The notes beneath the pieces are model-generated. The model was not told the origin of the DNA. It searched no databases and saw only the letters and a list, made by a program, of their open reading frames with translations. The position numbers and the translations under genes were made by a program. Of a stretch of 64,000 nt of DNA, positions 59,591 through 64,000 are shown one piece after another. The stretch comes from the human T2T-CHM13v2.0 reference genome, Homo sapiens. Every line of letters begins with the position of its first letter. Within the stretch, counting starts at the first letter, position 1. The stretch is taken from NCBI RefSeq assembly GCF_009914755.1, contig NC_060933.1, one strand, 5' to 3'.

Positions 59591-61671
59591 TTATTTAAGT
59601 GCTTCTGCTCCATGGGGGTGGAGGTAGAAACAGGATGATCACTGAAGCACAATACTATTTTTAAAATACTTTGGTAATAAAATTATCAATTGGCTGTGGA
59701 AACACCTTAATTCTTCTTGGTGTACTATTAATCAAAAATTAAAACCTAGGTTGTCAGTGGGGTAGATCAAAAGCGGTTAAGTCTACAGGGAAAATGATAT
59801 TCCAGAGAGATAGAGTCCTGTGTTGAACCACACAATAACCGAAGCTGACTATTTTTCATTGGTTTTCCATGAAAATAAAAGACAACACACTGACTACATC
59901 AAAATTGTGAAGTGCAGCTGTAGTGAAATCATTACTCAATATATATGCTGATGCTTACTTAAAATGGCACTCCTCCTTAATGCTAAGTCATTGTCAAACT
60001 ACACATGGTTAGAAATAGAGGGGGACTGTCATCTGCAGATGGTCTGCCATGTTTGGGCATTTTTCAAGTGGCAAGCAAAATGGTCCATTCCATACTTTTT
60101 AAGAATGAAGAATTGTTTTTCTCATGGAAATATGCCTTATAGAGATGAAGGGATGATAAGAGATGTTATCTTTGCCTGGAATTGATCAATGAGGAGGCTA
60201 AAGTCAAACAGAAAACCCATAGATCTTCTTCAAATGTGCTTGACAACTGAGTTAGAGTCTTTGTGATTGCTTCTAGGCCAACCACACTTCAGTTCAATTT
60301 GGCTAACTTTAATGGGCACTTACAAAATACTCTTCCTTAGAAAAGTAGCAATAGGCTTTCAAAAACCATCTGTAAATAAATCTTTATGACTGTATGTAAT
60401 ACATGAATCCAGTTCTATTAAGAAAAGTCCTTAGAGTTACATTTCCATATGTGCTCAAGCATCGACCATTATTTTGTTTGTTTCTCACAACTATTCTTTA
60501 ACTGAGACATAGTCTTTTTAAAAAGAAAAAATGTTAAAAACGTACAAAAACTAAGGTTCACCTTCTTCCTCTCTGTTTCTTCACATTTACTTACACATGA
60601 TCTTCCTAGAATAGATTGAGAAGTATGAACTTTCTAATATTTATGGTACATACATACTTCTTTACACTTTAGTAGCTGCAGAGTTTGGAATGAGAGAAAT
60701 TAAATATTTGATGCTTTATTCACATTTAAACTAGAATATTTTAAATTTCTTCATTTTCTGTAATTTGTTTGCCAGAAAAAAAGTTGTTAAAGAAATACAT
60801 ATACCTACAGGGGGGAAATATGTGTATATTTCCTCAATCTACCTACTACAAGTAGATTCTGATATCTAGAGGCGATCTTTTTTGGCTAAGAACAATTTTA
60901 ACATATTGCTTCATTGTGAAGATAACATTGATTGATATGTGAATATAAAATTAGAGAAGTCAAGGTCATTAAATTTTCTTGAATAAGAAATGGTGAAACC
61001 TAAAAGGATTCAGGATGGGATATTTAACACTAGAGAAGTTGGAGGAGGAGGGACTGGAAAAGAATAGGTGTTTGGTGGCATTTGAGTAAGAGAAATAATC
61101 ATTCAAATGATGGATAAAAATTTTCTAGTTTGGGGAAGGTAAAATATTATGAGTGGTGCAATAAAACTCCCTTTCTTCTTTTCCCCTATGAAATCTTTAG
61201 TAAAATAACTATTTTTTCTTTAGTTCCTAATAGAGTATTTTTTTAATAGAAGTGCTGAGCCCCACTCTCACATTAGAGCAGAACTAGTATGACAGGGTTA
61301 CATTTATTCAACTATTACATAGATAATCATTTGAAAGCAATATTTTATTCTGACTAATATCAGGAACTATGCTTAGAAGGGAAGAAAGGAAGGAAAGAAA
61401 GCTAATAAGAATGTCAGCGATTTTAGTTGGAATTCCAGTATTTCAGTTGGAATTTCAATAAAATAATTGGATAGTTATTGGATAATTGGATATAGTCAAT
61501 TACATATCTAATTTATATGTATTAAGCATTAATTGTTAATGGTGAAACGGTAAATAGTTCAAGTAGAGACTGATTTTTGAATCTGAAGACACAATCTCTT
61601 GAGAAGTGCATAGTTAATAAATTTCAAAATATCTTTCAAAATCAATCTCCTTATTATAGGTAGTCTCAATG

Positions 61672-64000
61672 TTTTTTTTTTTAATTTTAAGATCAAGGGT
61701 ATATATACAGGCTTGTTATATATGTAAACTTATGTCATGGAGTTCATTGTACAGATTATTTCATCACCCAGGTATTAAGCCTAATACTCATTAGTTATTT
61801 TTCCTGATCCTCTCTCTCCTCTCTCCTCCCATGTGTTCATGCATCCTCATCGTTTAGATCCCACTTATACGTGAGTACATGCTGTATTTGGTGTTCTGTT
61901 TCTCCATTAGTTTGCTAATGGATATGACCTCCAGCTTCATCCATGTTCCTGCAAAGGATATGATCTCATTCTTTTATGGCTACATAGTATTCCATGGTGT
62001 ATAGCTACCATATTTTCTTTATCTAGTCTGCAGTTGAGGGACACCTAGGTTGATTCTACATCTTTGCTATTGCAAATAGAGCTGTGAAAAACATACAGGG
62101 GCATGTGTCTTTTTGGTAGAACAATTTATTTTCCTTTCAGTATATACCCAGTAATGGGATTGCTGGGTCAAATGGTAATTCTCTTTTTAGTTCTTTGAGA
62201 AATCTCCAAACTGCTTTCCACAGGAGGTGAACTAATTTACATTCCCTTCCAGCACTGTAAAAATGGTCTCCTTTCTTCACAACTTCATCAACATCTGTTA
62301 TTTTTTGACTTTTTGATAACAGCCATTCTACTGATGTGAAATGGTATCTCACTGTGGTTTTGGTTTGCATCTCTCTGATGATTAGCGGTCTTGAGCATTT
62401 TTTTATGTGTTTGGCCACTTGTACACCTTCTTTTGAGAAGTGTCAGTTTATGTCCTCTGCCTATTTTTAAGAGGGATTATTTATGTATTTTTTCTTGTTG
62501 ATTTAAGTTCCTTATAGATTTTGAATATTAATTCTTTGTCAGATGCATAGTTTGCAAATATTTTCTCCCATTCTATAGATTGTCTGTTTACTCTGTCTTT
62601 TGCTGTGCAGAAACTCTTTAGTTTAATTAAGTAACATTTGTCCATTTTTTTTATTTTGTTGCATTTGCTTTCGGAGTCCGCAACATAAATTTTTTGCTTA
62701 GGCTGATGTCTAAGAGTATTTTCTAATTTTCTTCTAGGATTTTTATAGTTTAAGGTGTTACATGTAACTCTTTAATCCAATTGAGTTAATGTTTGTATAT
62801 GGTGAGAGATAGGGGTCCAGTTTTATTGTTCTGAATATGGTTAGCAAGTTTTCCCAGCACCATTTGTCGAAAAGGGTATCCTTTACCCATTGTTTATTTT
62901 TGTTGAAATTGTTGAAGATCAGTTGGTTGTAGAAATGCAGCTTTATCTGAGGGGTCTGTATTTTGTTCCATTCATCTCTGTGTCTATTTTTGTACCAGTA
63001 GCATGCATTTTGGTTACTGTAGCTTTGTCGCATAGTTTGAAGTCAGGTAATGTGATGCCTCTGGCTTTACTCTTTTTGCTTAGGATTTCTTTGGCTATTC
63101 CAGCTTTTTGTTGTTGTTGTTGTTGTTGTTGTTCCATATGAATTCTAGAATGGTTTTTCTAATTCTGTGATAAATGGCATTGGTAATTTGATAGGAATAG
63201 CATTGAATCTGTAGATTACTTTGGGCACTATGGACATTTAAATAATACTGATTCTTTCAATCCATGAGCATGGAATTTTTTTTTTCATTTGGTTGTGTTG
63301 TCTATGATTTCTTTCAGAAGTGTTTTGTCATTTTTTTTGTACAGATTTTTTACCTTCTTGGTTAGATATATTATTAAGTATTTTATTTTTGTGTGTCTGG
63401 CTATTGTAAATTGGATTGAATTCTTAATTTGTTTATCAGCTTGAGTGTTATTGATGTATAGAAATGCTACTGATTTTCGTATGCTGATTTTGTATTCTGA
63501 GACTTTGCTGAAGTTGTTTATTAGTCTAGGAGTCTTTTGGCAGAGTCTTTAGGGCTTTCTAGCTATAGAATCATCAGCAAAGAGAGATAATTTGACTTCC
63601 TCTTTTTTTCCTACTTGGATGCCTTTTATTTCTTTCTTTTGCCTGATGCTCTGTCTCAGATTTCCAGTTCTATGTTGAATAAGAGTAGTGAGAGAGAGCA
63701 TCCTTGTCTTAGTCCAGTACTTAGCAGGAATGCTCCAGCTCTTGCCCATTCAGTACGATGTTGGCTGTGGGTTTGTCATAAATAGCTGTTACTATTTTGA
63801 AGTATGTTTCTTTAATGCCTAGATTATTGAGGGTTTTTTTTTTATCATAAAGCAATGTTGGATTTCATCAAGTGCTTTTTCTGCATCTATTGAAATGATC
63901 ATATGCTTTTTGTTTTTAATTCTGTGTATGGGGTGAATCACATGTATTGATTTGCATATGTTGAACCATCCTTGCATCCTAGGAATAAAGCTAATTTGAT
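61672..64000 (-). mobile_element. L1 (L1PA13-16 type) 3'UTR and degraded ORF2, running past the window end
   Basis: Poly-T, ACAGATTATTTCATCACCCAGGTATTAAGCC; ORF2 peptide fragments at 62137-62418, 62758-63033, 63549-63749. Confidence 0.93.

Noticed and set aside
62943-63137. Poly-glutamine ORF ([11 protein letters not shown]...)
   Set aside because: A (TTG)n microsatellite that arose inside a dead L1 ORF2

Overview
AT-rich primate (human or great-ape-like) genomic DNA. I found no supportable protein-coding gene, rRNA, tRNA or CRISPR array; the recognisable ORFs in the track come from Alu, L1, LTR or low-complexity sequence. The window opens inside the 3' end of a HERV-H provirus (LTR7 at 311-788, with two ACAAAAGAAG motifs). 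The rest is a mosaic of L1 copies (young 5'-truncated L1PA and ancient L1M), about a dozen Alu/FLAM elements, solo LTRs (MER4, THE1, MLT1, MLT2, LTR16-like, LTR27/28-like, MER89-like), DNA-transposon relics, MIR/L2 and microsatellites. The most notable observations are rearrangement signatures read directly from the sequence: (i) an 88-bp apparent gene-conversion tract shared by two AluY copies 5.5 kb apart; (ii) a near-perfect 55-bp-stem hairpin joined to a ~310-bp dispersed duplication; (iii) a TSD-bounded L1 in which a 5'UTR fragment joins ORF2 directly; (iv) several smaller template-switch or duplication scars. I see no evidence for a new gene system. Repeat subfamily names come from recalled consensus sequences and were not checked against a database.
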